Part shown: in pieces, positions 35,597 through 35,852 of the stretch
Position numbering within the stretch: the stretch's first letter is position 1
Layout: every line of letters starts with the position of its first letter
IMG/VR virus record: IMGVR_UViG_3300010382_000022
Location: 1-35,852 of that record
Direction: 5' to 3' (one strand)
Length of the DNA stretch: 35,852 nucleotides
Origin: a virus
Lineage: Duplodnaviria; Caudoviricetes
Program-made: the position numbers and the translations under genes
The notes under the pieces: generated by a model
Seen by the model: the letters and a program-made list of their open reading frames with translations, nothing else
The model's database searches: none
What the model was told of the DNA's origin: nothing

Positions 35597-35852
35597 TCGC
35601 TTCACTTCCTTTCTTGCGTCCGCGTCTTCGAAGACCTTCCTGGACTCGCGTCTGGGCCAGAACGGGGTCATACTTGAACCGAAGGTTCTTGTCCAGGGTG
35701 ACGCCGTCCTGGCCGCGCTTCAATTCAGCGTAGACAGTAGTCAGCGACACGCCGATCCGCTTCGCGATTTCGGCGGCCCGAACGCTGTCCGCATACATGG
35801 CCGCGATCGACTTTCGGTCTTCAAACTCGATCGTTCTGAACTGCTTTCTCAA
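35586..35852 (-). CDS. Helix-turn-helix DNA-binding protein (HTH_38-like)
   Basis: Contains AAEIAKRIGVSLTTVYAELKRG; the start lies at the window edge. Confidence 0.7.
   Translation of the reverse strand: MRKQFRTIEFEDRKSIAAMYADSVRAAEIAKRIGVSLTTVYAELKRGQDGVTLDKNLRFKYDPVLAQTRVQEGLRRRGRKKGSEANEP

Noticed and set aside
35586-35852. IS30 transposase
   Set aside because: Only an 88-aa HTH is present, with no DDE domain or terminal inverted repeats, and it is coupled to the early operon.
1-35852. Integrase, att sites, tRNA or rRNA genes
   Set aside because: I recognised none in the window, so prophage boundaries cannot be defined from this sequence.

Overview
A contiguous segment of a temperate-type, contractile-tailed (PBSX/XkdK-U-like) phage or prophage, probably from a GC-rich Clostridia host (inferred from GGAGG-type RBSs, sigmaA promoters and a CHAP/GH73/LysM lysin). 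Nearly all genes lie on the minus strand. From right to left they form early/recombination/replication genes, accessory early genes, a late activator, packaging and head genes, tail and baseplate genes, a lysis module and a divergent moron-like cassette. No integrase or clear immunity repressor falls in the window. The main feature is a complete diversity-generating retroelement (DGR) inside the tail module: avd (7152-7628), template repeat TR (7026-7130) and RT (5734-6861). It has two variable repeats. VR1 (5045-5150) lies in the middle of the adjacent 568-aa tail-region protein. VR2 (29435-29539) lies about 22 kb away, in a 229-aa protein of the early/replication module. My manual alignment gives 10 and 11 mismatches to TR, all at TR adenines on the coding strand. 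Other points of interest are a 12-bp RNA duplex that would enclose TR, a likely antisense sRNA in the early region, an orphan MazF-like gene, a displaced HK97-gp10-like gene and a -1 frameshift in the tail chaperone. All product calls come from motif recognition and gene order, not from database searches.
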